64,000 nucleotides of DNA from Eledone cirrhosa (Eukaryota), in NCBI GenBank assembly GCA_964016885.1, contig OZ024741.1:75082001-75146000 (forward strand), written 5' to 3'. The notes under the pieces are model-generated. The model did not search any database and was not told where the DNA came from. It worked only from the letters and a program-made list of their open reading frames with translations. Positions 44,110 to 55,824 of this stretch are shown here, piece by piece (positions within the stretch are counted from its first letter, which is position 1; each line of letters begins with the position of its first letter). Position numbers and translations under genes: made by a program.

Positions 44110-44720
44110 CCCTGGTCAATCAACTTGATGCCTCTATAGTTTATCTGTCAAAAGCATCTCCTTTGCCCTTGTAGCAGGTGATGATGCTGCTATGCCAGTC
44201 ATTGGGTATGACACCATTTTTTAAAAAATTATTTGGTTTATAATATGGGAGGCTAGGGTGTCACCCACTATCCCAGATGCTATCAGCATCTCGGCAATTA
44301 CTTCTGAAGGTCCAGCTGCTTTGCCTGACTTCATATCCTTGTTTGCCTTACTTAATATCCTACAGCTGATTCATACACCCAGTCCTTCTGTTGCATTTAT
44401 CTGGGGAAAACTATCTTCTTCCTATGCATTCTCCTCATTCTTTCATAGAAAGATTTCCATGCTACCTTCTTTTCAGCATTAGTGAGTGCAAGTACACTAT
44501 TATCATCTCAGACACACTTCTCTCAGTCAACATCACAATTTTTCCTGACACACTGTCTTGCAATCCTAAACACCTCACGTCTTTGGTACTCGTGTTGCAA
44601 AACATGTTTAAATTTCTCATTTTCTGCTTCCCTTCTTGCAAAGTATATCTGTTGCTTAGCTTCTCTGCTAGCAGCCTGACAGTGCTCTCTACTTCCCCAT
44701 TCTTTTCATGCCTGTCTTTT

Positions 44721-44722
<2 letters not shown>
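44110..44722 (-). mobile_element. Decayed RTE fragment (EN-RT linker)
   Basis: Colinear with 7200-7840. RTE 3' UTR remnants also lie at 43760-44080. Confidence 0.8.
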
Positions 44723-44794
<72 letters not shown>

Positions 44795-45172
44795 AAAAGA
44801 CAGGCATATATATATATATATATATATATGCAGAGAGACAGACAGAGAGAGAGAGAATGCTGACTGTGATGCCAAGCAATTTCGCTTGTGTTCATATATA
44901 TGATATGTAGGTTCCTGAGTTGTATCAGGGGGTAACTACTTTACTCAATACATTGGTAGAGTATAAGCATCATTATTATATATATAGAAATGACTTCTAC
45001 AGCATTAGAACGGTTTCATTCATATGAAATCATCAGGAATGTTCTGATAATTTCATATGAATGAAACAGTTCTAGTCCAGTAGAAGTCTTTTCTCTCTAT
45101 AATATATGTATATATATATAATATGTGTCTATATGTATATATATATATGTATATATATATGTGTGTGTGTGT

Positions 45173-45456
45173 GTAGGCACGTGGCCTAGTGGTAAGAGTG
45201 TTGGACTTACGATCATAATGTCGTGGGTTCGATTCCTGAGCTGTGTGTTGTGTTCTTGAGCAAAACACTTCATTTCACATTGCTCCAGTATACTCAACTG
45301 AAAATGAGTACCAGCAATAGCTGGAGGTTTAACCCTGCGATGGACTGGCACCCTGTCCAGGGGGGGAGTCTTGTACTCTCAGTCGCTTCACGCCGTGAAA
45401 CCGGGATAAGCACCGGCCAAATGAGCCTTCTGGCTTAAGACAGACTTTACACTTTA
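45173..45456 (+). mobile_element. tRNA-derived SINE (family C)
   Basis: A box tggcctagtgg and B box ggttcgattcc, a CORE-like ttcttgagcaaaacactt, and a central ccctgcgatggactggcaccctgtccagggg that resembles the V-SINE domain from memory. Confidence 0.8.
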
Positions 45457-45851
45457 GATATATATATATATGTATGTATATGGAAGTATATGAAAAGAAA
45501 ATTGAAAAGAAATACAATGGATGATGAAGTACAATAAAAAATATATATTAGTTTTATGCTTAATATAGTAGGAAATGTCATAGTGTTTTGGATGCTAGTC
45601 CTTCATCAGAAAATAAAATGAGAAATTAAAAAAGAAATAGAAAGTTAGAGGAGAATGAGCAGGAGCAGAAACCAAACAAATTTTTTTCAAGAAAAAGCAG
45701 ATCTGTTCATTCTCCATTTTTTTTAAAAACTGTTGATAGAAGTGTTCATCGTGTAGGAAGTTAAGTTGCCCTTTTTTTGAAAGGCAAAAGGTCAAAAGCA
45801 TCTATATCATGCTGAAAAGGAAAAAATCCTTTTGCATTTAGAGTGGATATG

Positions 45852-46038
45852 TATGAGGGTCAGCTGAAAAGTTCATAGGCTGACCATGGAATGTACCCAA
45901 ATAAAATTTATTTTTTAACATAGTCCTCTTGCGATCCACACACTTTTTCCATCGGTGTTGCAGTACTTGGATTTCCATTGGTGAAGAAGCTATCCTCCTG
46001 TTGATAAAAAAAAGTATTCAACAGTAGATATGATGTCA
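45852..46038 (-). mobile_element. Tc1/mariner terminal fragment
   Basis: TA + tgagggtcagctgaaaagtt TIR-like end. The minus strand encodes IQVLQHRWKKCVD, matching the mariner C-terminal motif L..RW.KCV. Confidence 0.7.
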
Positions 46039-46059
46039 TGCCAAGTTCATTGTGCAGAA

Positions 46060-47170
46060 TATTCTCAAATAAACTTTCCCAAAGTTGGTCATATCATACA
46101 GTCAGTGCTAATAGCTTAAATTTCTACAGTTTCAAGGTAAAATTACACATTCTTTACTTTTTTAGAAAAAATTATTATTTCAGGTCAAGTCCTCAATCAG
46201 TCCCAATCAGAAGCATAGTCTCCAACTGATCCGGCTAGATCCCCAAGGGAGACTAGGCACAATATCTGTCAAATGCCCCTTTAACTACTGCTAAAGCTTC
46301 ATTAACCAAAATAGCTACTTGTCTATTCATGAACTTACTAACTCCATGGCATTTTGTGCAACTTTGGTACCTAGAAGACTCTAGGAACACACATATTCAC
46401 CTCCTTCAACTGGCAACCACTCAGATCCTCTACTTCACATCTCAGCTTTACTATCAGATGATTAATATTCCCTGGACTCAGCTTATAGGTTCCATTCCAT
46501 TAAAGTTATAATTAACATCACATCCTAGCTCCCTTGCTAAAACTGACAAGTAGTATATTTTGCTTATTATAATGAAATTACCTGCTGCTTTATTCACTGG
46601 TGCTATATATACCTACAGCAAATTTTATCCAAAAATTGCTTCACCCTGGACCTATTAAGCATAGACGGTTCCTGCATCATCATGCCCAACCCTCATAACC
46701 TACTCTTTACGAAGCTAACAACCCTATCCTTCCAGTTCCTGAACATCTCAAAAGTAAAACCAAATTTCAGGTCTAACTTAACTATGAAATCATTGATTGA
46801 TTCTAACACCAACTTACCTACTGTGTACCTGTTTGTCCTTACAGATTCCTTTAATTTAGTTTCCTTCATCATAAGCCACCTAAGATCCTTGTTCTCAACT
46901 ATACTCAGACCACCAGTAATTATGTGCCCTACTTCCTCGTAGCAAAACCTAGAACTTCACAATTGCATAACCCACTGCAAGCCTTCTTGTATTCCTCAGT
47001 ACTAATATTTGCTAAACACTTATTGTAGTTAAATAAAGTCCTCCCGATCATAGGTCGATATGAATAACTGACACAAATTCTCCTCACCCTTACTTCCTCG
47101 GGCAAGCATCCATGTTCCTTCCTATTTCTAAAAATAAAATTGAAACAATGCAAGTTAAGAAATACGAGGA
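46060..47170 (-). mobile_element. Decayed Penelope-like RT N-terminal fragment
   Basis: Minus-strand remnants APVNKAAGNFIII and VPKLHKMP correspond to the PLE DK..N and PKLHK.P motifs. Confidence 0.6.
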
Positions 47171-47442
47171 CCCTTGAGGCGGAACTAGTGAATACATTGA
47201 AGAGGGTGGGCAAATCTGCTTTAGAAACAATGAGATTTTCAAAGTTAACGAAAGCATGAATTGCAAAACAAAAACTTAATTTATTGTGCAACCTGCCTAC
47301 AATGTAAAAAATACTACATTCGAGAAACCAGAACAAGTCTACATGACAGGGATTGGGTCCATAAACAACAAATTAAAGACCCCTCTGTTAGGAACACCAC
47401 ATGCAGCAAACACTTCGCATCATGCGAGAAGGGAAAATTTAA
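47170..47442 (+). mobile_element. Penelope-like GIY-YIG fragment
   Basis: NLIYCATCLQCKKYYIRETRTSLHDR.WVHKQQI...SKHF. Confidence 0.8.
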
Positions 47443-47444
47443 AG

Positions 47445-47860
47445 CATGGCTTGGATGCTGCTGGCTTCCCCTCCCAGCTCGAGCCAGTGGGGTTGGACTG
47501 AGGGGATGGCAAAAGGCCAGACAGCATGACCATCGTCTGGGATGCCACATGCAGTGACACGTTTTCCAGCGGCAACCTGGTGTAGTCAGCAACTAACCCA
47601 GGCTCTGCTGCACTTCGGGCTGAGGAGGGTAAAATCTCCAAGTATTGGTTGCTCTCCCACAGGTTTGCAGTCAAGCCACTAGTAGTGGAGACTTCTGGTG
47701 TGCTTGACCTTAGGGCTACCTCCCTACACACCACTATAGATGCTAAGCTGGCTAGCAGCAGCTGTGAGCCTCGCAAGATTGAATGGCTCTTCCAGTGCAT
47801 CTCCCTCAGCATTCTCCGGGTAAATGTCTTCTCTATTCTGTCTGCTGGGGCTGTGGGGTG
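47445..47860 (+). mobile_element. CRE-clade-like non-LTR 3' fragment (restriction-like endonuclease)
   Basis: LEPVGLD*GDGKRPD, WDATCSDT, AEEGKISKY, PLVVETSG and WLFQCISLSILRVN, the PD-(D/E)xK RLE pattern. Confidence 0.75.
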
Positions 47861-48485
47861 GCCAGCGCATGGGACCCCATTTGCTCATAATAGTTAGAGA
47901 TGGGGAGGGTGAGAGAGACGTAGGCGATGACAGTGGGAGTTTGGTTCCTCTATGTTCGGACCTGGTGTACGTGCGTGTCTGTTTACTTCTATTCACCAGA
48001 CACTAACTGACTGTTTTCTTTTTACAAGACTCACTATTTTGCCTTATCACTCATTAACTTTGCTTTATACTTTGATTCTTTTCTTATTCCTTTACCAAAG
48101 ATATCTTAGGGAGTAAATCTGACCATCCAGCTCCCTCACCTCTAACACCTCCCAACTTCACTCTCAATCAATCTTATTGTTTTTACTATTGTCTTTTATG
48201 TTTTTGTATATAGATTTTTTAATTCATTTAGATTTTCATCAACACTGCTTTACTTCCATTCTCATTAACACTCCCCAGACACACCCACATCCCTTATATA
48301 TACAGCAACACATTTCAACCGTAGATCAATTTGACAATCGCCACTGACAAATGCAAGAAAGTTCTCCAGAAAGTTAACCAGGATTTTTAAGAAAAACTTT
48401 CCACCGAAATTGTAAAAGTGTAAAATTATAAAATTAAATTGTTTAGAACACCAACTACAAGTGAAGTCATTCTTTTCTTTTTTTC

Positions 48486-48488
<3 letters not shown>

Positions 48489-48517
<29 letters not shown>

Positions 48518-48862
48518 GTTTAACGTCTATCTTCCATGCTTGCATGGGTTTGGACGGGAGTTTTCCCACTTGAGGCAAGAGTGGTTGTCATGCTCGCATA
48601 GGACTGTCTGGCGGGTTTTCTACGGCTGGATGCCCTTCTTAACACCAACCACGTTTACAGTGTGGCACTGGGAGGTTTTTACCGTGTTACCTACACGGCC
48701 ACATTACAGCGTGGACTGTGTTTTTTTGTCGTGACACCTACACGACCTCATTTGTTTCGGACTGGATGTTGTGGTACCAACATAACTTTACATTGAAGGG
48801 GGTGGTGTGGATGGGGTGGAGGTAGTGGGGCGGGGGTGTATTTTGTTAGAGGTGCCTACTGA
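48489..48862 (-). mobile_element. RTE 3' UTR-only copy
   Basis: Matches the UTR at 45-411 and has a (CAT)n tail. Confidence 0.9.
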
Positions 48863-50489
48863 CTTTTACTCTTTTACCTGTTCCAGCCATCTGGCTGAGG
48901 CCATGCTGGGGCACCGCCCTTGTTATATACATATATATATCTTTATGTATATGTATGTATGTATATATATGTATATATATATATATATGTGTGTGTGTAT
49001 ATATACATGTGTGTGCATGTGTGTGTCTGTGTAGACATTCATTTACACAACTCTAGGATCAATTTGGTTATCAATCAGATGCAATGAAGATTAATATCGA
49101 AATATGACCATCTCTGTTTCAAATACTATTTGTAGTAATTAGTATTACTTATCAAATGACGACAATGTGTTTCTGCAGTTTCTGTCTACTAAATTTCATT
49201 CATCTGGCATTGGTCAAGCTGTAGTTATAGTAGAAGACACTTGCTCTGTAACAGGACGGTATGCAGAACCATAGACAAGCTCTCAACTACACAGCAATGC
49301 CTGCATCTACATTCTATTTTTTCTTTCTTGTTCTAATTCCAATATTTAATTCTTAATTCTTGGAGATAATAAGTTTCTAAGCAGTAGCACATGTATATAT
49401 ATACACATGTACTTTAGCATATCCAACACAACGCATAAACATACATGTGTCCAGCACAACACACACAACACACACACACATCTCTCAAACATATTAGTAT
49501 TATGCATTCACACATACTGTTAAATGGAGCAACACAATGATGATATAAATATGAAAGGCATGATTATATACTTATCAACAATTACTTATACTGGCACATA
49601 TTTACATTGCTATGTTATGTTATTGTGCAGGAAAAACATGCGCAAGTGACTGAGAGAAAAGTTAAGAATAAGTGCAATTGAATGCTCTGTGCAAGAAAGA
49701 CCATTGCACTGGTATAGGCATGTGATGTGTAAGGAGAACTAGGGAGGTATACAAATTGCTGAGTGCTTAAAGGGGTTGTAACATGTGGAAGAATGAGACC
49801 TAGGAAGATATGGGATGCAGTTGTGATGAATGACCTAAAAAAACTGAACTTCATGAAGGAAATGACACAGGACAGAGCAGCCTGTTGATATGCTATAATA
49901 CAAAAGACCCATTCACCTGTACAAGCACTGCAACACTAGATGTAAACATGGTGAGAGGCCAGAGGCTATAGTGTTCAGAGATTGACCATTGATGACATAA
50001 GGTCTACGAGAACTGTTCAGTTAGGACAAGCATGTGACAACCTTTTTAGTATTAGTGCCATGATAAAATGCCCCCAGTGCACACTGTAAGGTGATAGTGT
50101 TTGTTCCTCAATAAAATGCATGCAGTCCCCTCAGTATGTGGTAGTGTAGTGCCATGATAAAACACTCAGTGCACTCAGTACAGTGGTAGCACTGGTGCCA
50201 CAAAAAATATACCCAATATACCATGTAAGGAGGCTCCTGTTAAGAGGTTAATCCAGCAAAAGAAACATGCAAAAATATGGAACATAAGAATGCTTGTTAT
50301 TGTTGGTGCATGTTTGTGTGTATGTGTGTGTGAGTGTACCTTTATATAGTAATTACACAGAACACATTCTATATATAAGAGCATATATCAATATGTCATG
50401 CAAATAATTATCTTTGCAAATAATAATTTTAAGAGTGATGTGTGTATATATATATAGAGAGAGAGATAGATAGATATATACATATATAT

Positions 50490-50955
50490 AAAGCCAGTAC
50501 AACATGGTAGAAAAATACAAAGGGGAAATGATGACAAATAAAGCAGAACAAAGTAATGTTTTACCTAGTGTATTTCAACATGATATTTCAGGGCTATTAC
50601 CCTCTTTTCAAATGTGGGGCTGAAACCGTTCAAAGCAATAGAATTAGAAACTTTCGCCATAAATTGACTTTAGAAAATATTCCTTTATTAGAGAAAATTA
50701 GCCCCCCCCCCCTCCCCATAACAGAAAAAAAGGGTATAAGCATGCCTGGGAATCAAACCAACAGCTCTTATTTTCAGGATAAGTATGCTGACTGATTACA
50801 CCAACACATTGGTTAGCATACATGTCACAAAATGGGCAGACTGGGTTCGATTCCCCTGTATGCTAATGTCCATTCTTTTCTGTTGTGGGCGTTTATATGA
50901 CCTAATATAGGAGTATTTTCTATAGTCAATATATGGTGAAAGCTTCTAATTCAAT
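50490..50955. mobile_element. Head-to-head pair of a tRNA-headed repeat; the left arm has a decayed hammerhead
   Basis: The reverse complement of 50640-50807 aligns to 50808-50952. B boxes are ggtttgattccc and ggttcgattccc. Confidence 0.6.
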
Positions 50956-51193
50956 TTTTAAAATATTCAAACAACACCGAATTCTAACTTATATGTGGTA
51001 TATAATCATCATCATCACCGGTTTACGTCCATTTTTCCATGCTAGTATGAGTTAGACAAGTTGTCTTGCTGTGGGCAATGCTAGGTCAGGTGAACATGTC
51101 TTGCTTATAAAGAACTGATTGGGTATATATATATATATATATATATACATATATATTTATATGTGTGTGTGTATAAGTGAATGTATGTGCATA

Positions 51194-52662
51194 TCATCAT
51201 CATCATCATCATCATCAACGTTTAACGTCCGTGTTCCACGCTTGCATGGGTTTGGACGGGGGTAGTCCCACTTGAGGCAAGAGTGATTGTCTTGCTCGCA
51301 TAGGACTGTCTGGCAGGTTTTCTACAGTTGGATGCCCTTCCTAACACCAACCACATTTACAGTGTGGCTCTGGGAGGTTATTACCGTGTTGCCTACACGG
51401 CCACATTACAGCGTGGACTGTGTGTTTTTTTGTCGTGACACCTACACGATCTCATTTGTTTCGGTCTCGATGGCGCGGCACCAACATAACTTTACATAGA
51501 ACGGGGTGGTGTGGATGGGGTGGGGGTGGTGGTGGTGGGACGGGGTGTATTTTGTTAGAGATGCCTACTGGCTGGAGTAGGTTTTACTATATATTTAGGT
51601 AAGGCGGGTCTTCTCTGTTACTGAGTACCGCCAAAGGTCTCGGTCCAGTGACATTGTCTTGGAGAGGTGTAAGTGTGTGATGTCGGAGTTTATCAACTCA
51701 TCCCAGGTTTTTCTAGGTCTGCCTATTCCGTGACTACCGTCTATCTTTATTGCCCTGCACTTTGTTATACAGCTATCGACTTTCATGCGCATCACGTGTC
51801 CATACCAACGTAGCCTTCTCTCGAGTAAACAACATCTGATCCCTCTTATCTCTAATTTTTTCCTTAGTTCGTTTATGCTTTGCCGTTCACGTATATTACT
51901 GTTACACATCCAGCGGAGCATGCAAGCTTCGTTCCTCTCTAGTCTGCGTATATCCTCTGCACACAATGCCCAGGTCTCACTGCCATGCAGCATTGCTGTT
52001 CGTATGCAGGCATCGTACAAGCTGCCTTTCATTTTTAGTGAGAACCCTTTAGCAGCTAATAGTGGTATAAGCTCTCTGAACTTTTTCCAACCAGTTCTGA
52101 CTCTAGCTACAGTACTTTCAGAGCACCCTCTCCCACTGCTGATTTTATCGCCCAGGTAACGGAAGCTGTCCACTATTTCTATGGAACCCTCTGCGCAATT
52201 GAAAGAGCTAGTATTTTGTGGGCACTTGCTGCTACTTATTGCACCAGAGCACCGGCCACATGTAAAATCTATGTTCTTAGTTAGCTTACCTGTGATCCCA
52301 CTACATCTTTTATGCACCCATACTTTGCATTTAGGACATAAAATGGAGTTTCTACCTACGCCTTTCCTACACACCGAGCACGACCATTTCCCAGAAGGGA
52401 CCGCCGCCTTGTTTTCTTTCCTACAAACTAGTACTTTGGTCTTAGCCAGGTTAATTTTAAGTCCTTTTGACTCTAGGCCGTGCTTCCATGTTTGGAATTT
52501 CTTCTCTAGCTCGGCCATTGATTCCGCTATGAGTGTCAGGTCGTCTGCGTATAGGAGTTCCCATGGGCAGCCTGTCTTGAACACCTCTGTTATAGCCTGA
52601 AGGGCAATAATAAATAGTAGTGGGCTGAGAACAGAGCCCTGATGGACGCCAACTTTTACGCT
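51194..52662 (-). mobile_element. Young 5'-truncated RTE LINE with open 3' ORF
   Basis: ORF 51595..52716 is nearly identical to 33467..34687 after its first 18 flank-derived residues. Confidence 0.95.
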
Positions 52663-53049
52663 ATGAAGAAATATATATATCTTTACACAAGTGTAGATAC
52701 ATACAAAGGTGTCCAACCGACACTAAGTTTTGCTCTATGAAAGAATTAACAAAGATCAACCCAATCAGACTGCTTTTTCTAGTTGAACGCAACCTGCCAA
52801 TGTCCACCTTACTACCCTCGTGTTGATTGCATATCATGTGATAGTTCTTCTATTTGAAATTTTCACTGATAGCAAAGAAGAAGGAATTTTTCTGTCTTGA
52901 ATTTTCTTTCTTGACTGAGAAAGTCTCCTGATGATTTGAGATTTCTTGCAATACTCTACTGGGAGTATCGTTATTTTCTCAATGAAACTGTAGTAGGGAC
53001 ATTAAAAGTAAGTAAATATTTTTTTTTATCTTGTTTGTTTTTCCCAGAT

Positions 53050-53403
53050 ATCATCATCATCATCATCATTATCATTTTACATCCGCTTTTCCCTGCTTGC
53101 AAGGGTGGGACGGGAACTGATTCTGGCTTGATTTCTACAGCTTGATTCACTTCCTAACACCAACCTCATTTACAGTGAGTGCTGGGTGCTTTTTTTCCGT
53201 GGCACCTCCACGACCACTTTGCAGTGGAATGATAGGGACTGGGACCTCAGTCACTATCATCTCATTTCTACAGCTGAGTAAACTGGAGCAATGTGAAATA
53301 AAATGTCTTGCTCAAGGAAACAACACATCACCCAGTCTGAGAATTGAACTCACAACCTTTCGATTGCAAGGCCAATGCTCTAACCACTAAGCCATGTGCC
53401 TCC
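53050..53403 (-). mobile_element. tRNA-derived SINE with RTE-derived tail (family B), internally shortened
   Basis: Reverse-complement homologue of 61378-61818, with a (CAT)n tail. Confidence 0.85.
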
Positions 53404-54907
53404 ATATATATATGCATACATATGATTATATATATGCATATGTGTGTGTGTATATATATATGTATACATATTATCAAAACAAATATTTGAGATCATCTGA
53501 AATAATTATACTAAATAAATGTCATCACTAAATAGTGAAACATATAAATAAAATACGAATAACAGCCATTTTAATCCACTCACATTCATGGCTGTAATTA
53601 GTGAAAATTACCAAAATATAATTAATGATCAGATTTTATTTCCTGGTGATGTCTGTAGTTTTACTGTGGGTGACACTAAATATATCCATATGGGTACAGA
53701 CATGGCTGTGTGGTTAAGAAGATTACTTTGCAATCATGAGGTCTTGAGCTCGATCCCACTGTGTGGTATCTTGAGCAAATGCCTTTATCATAGCTTCAGA
53801 TTGACCCAAGCCTTGTAAGTGAAATTGGGTAGACAAAATCTGCATGGAAACCATTGGATGAATTGTACAGGGAATTGAAAAATCTAATTTTGCCTTATCA
53901 TATATTGTATCATGCTGATTTGGCTTGGGCGTTATCTACTATTTCTCATCTATCCATCTATCGATCCATATGTCTATCTACCTATCAATGTACCTACCTA
54001 TCTATCTATATGTCCATATTCCTTCCTACGTACATATCTGTGTATCTATCTATTTATCTACTTGTTCATCTCTATGTTTAGATCATATTGTTCTGCCTAT
54101 ATGCATTAAACATCATATGCTGAATTTCCAGCTTATTGAACTGTTCTCTTTAAATGTAAATCAACAAATTTAGATACAATTTGACATATGAGATTTTAAA
54201 ACTGCTTTCCTTACTATGTTTATAAACTATGTATACGTTATTTCAGGACATTCAGGCCTCATCATTTGAAATTCTAAATTTGCATTTCCTAGCCAGAATC
54301 AATTTAGTTATTGATTGTAGCAATAGTAGAAGTGGTGGTGGTGGAGGCAACAACAGCAGAAACATTTTACATAAAATTTTATGACATTAGTTAGTTACAT
54401 GAAATGAAACAGCAAACTGAATTAACAACAACAACAACAACAACAACAATAATAACAAAAGCAATGGTAATAATAATAATATGCAAAGATCTATAAGAGA
54501 ACTATAAAATAATTACGAGTTTCTAATAACCTTTAAATTTAATGAAATTGCAAACGGTGGCTGAAAATAAAATGCATTCATTTTATGAAAACATTTGTTT
54601 TCATGTCAACGTAAATTAGTTTAACCCCCTCCCCCCCTTTTCTATTGATTTATTTAACAGTATTTAGCGGAAACTGATTTAATTAATGCAATTCTACAGA
54701 CGATGTCTTTCTATTGATACAGGGGTTTTTTTGTTTTTTTTTGCTTTCTCAGTGTATTTTGTTGGAAGGAAATTTCGGGAGGAAATTTAATATTTCCATT
54801 TGTGCTCCATGACAGAATAATATAATTCTCATAATTCACATTCTTCATGTCCGGTCCTTGACACTCTCAAATTTATGCGATCATTTATTTCTCTGTGTTA
54901 TTATTAA

Positions 54908-55103
54908 ATTGGCAGTATCGGTAGAAGGTCGGACGCCATGCTTTGACGCATAGAGTTATGGCCCTTGCCATTCTGAGTTCAAATCCCGCCGAGGTTAACT
55001 TTGCCTTTCATCTTTACGGGGTCGATAAAATGAAGTACCAGTAATGCACTGGGTAATTGCTGGCCTTGTGCCAAAAGTAGAAACAATTATTATTATTATT
55101 ATT
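54908..55103 (+). mobile_element. Family-A SINE with (ATT)n tail
   Basis: Homologous to 23618-23802. Confidence 0.9.
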
Positions 55104-55230
55104 TCTTTTTATTACATCCTCTGTTTTTTGTTATTTTTACACGCAGAAATGCCCATTTGTACCGTCCTGTATTGTCCTGTACTGTCCTTAATGTCTACTT
55201 TGTGTAAACCCTTGTGGTTAATAAAGAAAG

Positions 55231-55263
<33 letters not shown>
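55104..55263 (+). mobile_element. Extremely 5'-truncated copy of the Tx1-like element (3' UTR + ATT tail)
   Basis: Aligns to ~61193-61350 (acatcctctg...acacgcagaaatgcccatttgtaccgtcctg...taaacccttgtggttaataaagaa). Confidence 0.92.
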
Positions 55264-55584
55264 TGTTGTTATTCCTTGAATCTCAGTCATTGATGTTGGT
55301 TAACTGGAAAGTCCGTTGGAATGAATATCAAGCCACTACCTGCAGCCTCAGATATTCAGGACGTATCGGAGGGTTCTTGCTGTTCCAAGCAAGCATGCCT
55401 TTTGAAGCATTCCAAAAAGCGTGAAGGGGCCGATTTTCTTTAACCATCCCTGGAAACTTTTGGAGATAGTCCCCAGTGCGCCTATGACAATCGGGATCAC
55501 TTTGACTTCATGGCAGTTCCAAATCCTTTTCACCTCCCACTTTAGGTCCTGGTATCGGTTAATTTTCTCCCTCTCCTTCTTTCG
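55264..55584 (-). mobile_element. R4/Dong-clade non-LTR 3' fragment (RLE C-terminus)
   Basis: KEREKINRYQDLKWEVKRIW...VIPIVIGALGTI...LQKACLLGTARTLRYVL, with the stop ending at 55348. Short UTR, and (TAA)n on both sides. Confidence 0.8.
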
Positions 55585-55824
55585 ATTATTATTATTATTA
55601 TTATTATTATTGAATGCCATGGTTGACGGAGGCTCGGCTCTGTAAGGTATAGTAATTTTTGACCGTTGAAACAATTGTAAATTGTTTAAAACTTGAACCA
55701 AATTGTTGATAAAGACACCCTCCTCCTCGTGAGAGGGGTCTTTCTGTCCGTTATTTGGCCCTTCGGGGTTGAATAACCAGTTATTGGGGTTTTGTACCCA
55801 AAATTTCATTTTAAACAAAAAAAC

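Noticed and set aside
45173-45245. Functional tRNA genes (also 50808-50863 and 61378-61447)
   Set aside because: Cloverleaf pairing is incomplete and each continues into a repeat body, so these are SINE heads.
55719-55775. HDV-like ribozyme suggested by tcctcgt in the Tx1 5' UTR
   Set aside because: I could not build P1, P1.1, P3 and the J4/2 catalytic C. A simple hairpin explains the sequence.
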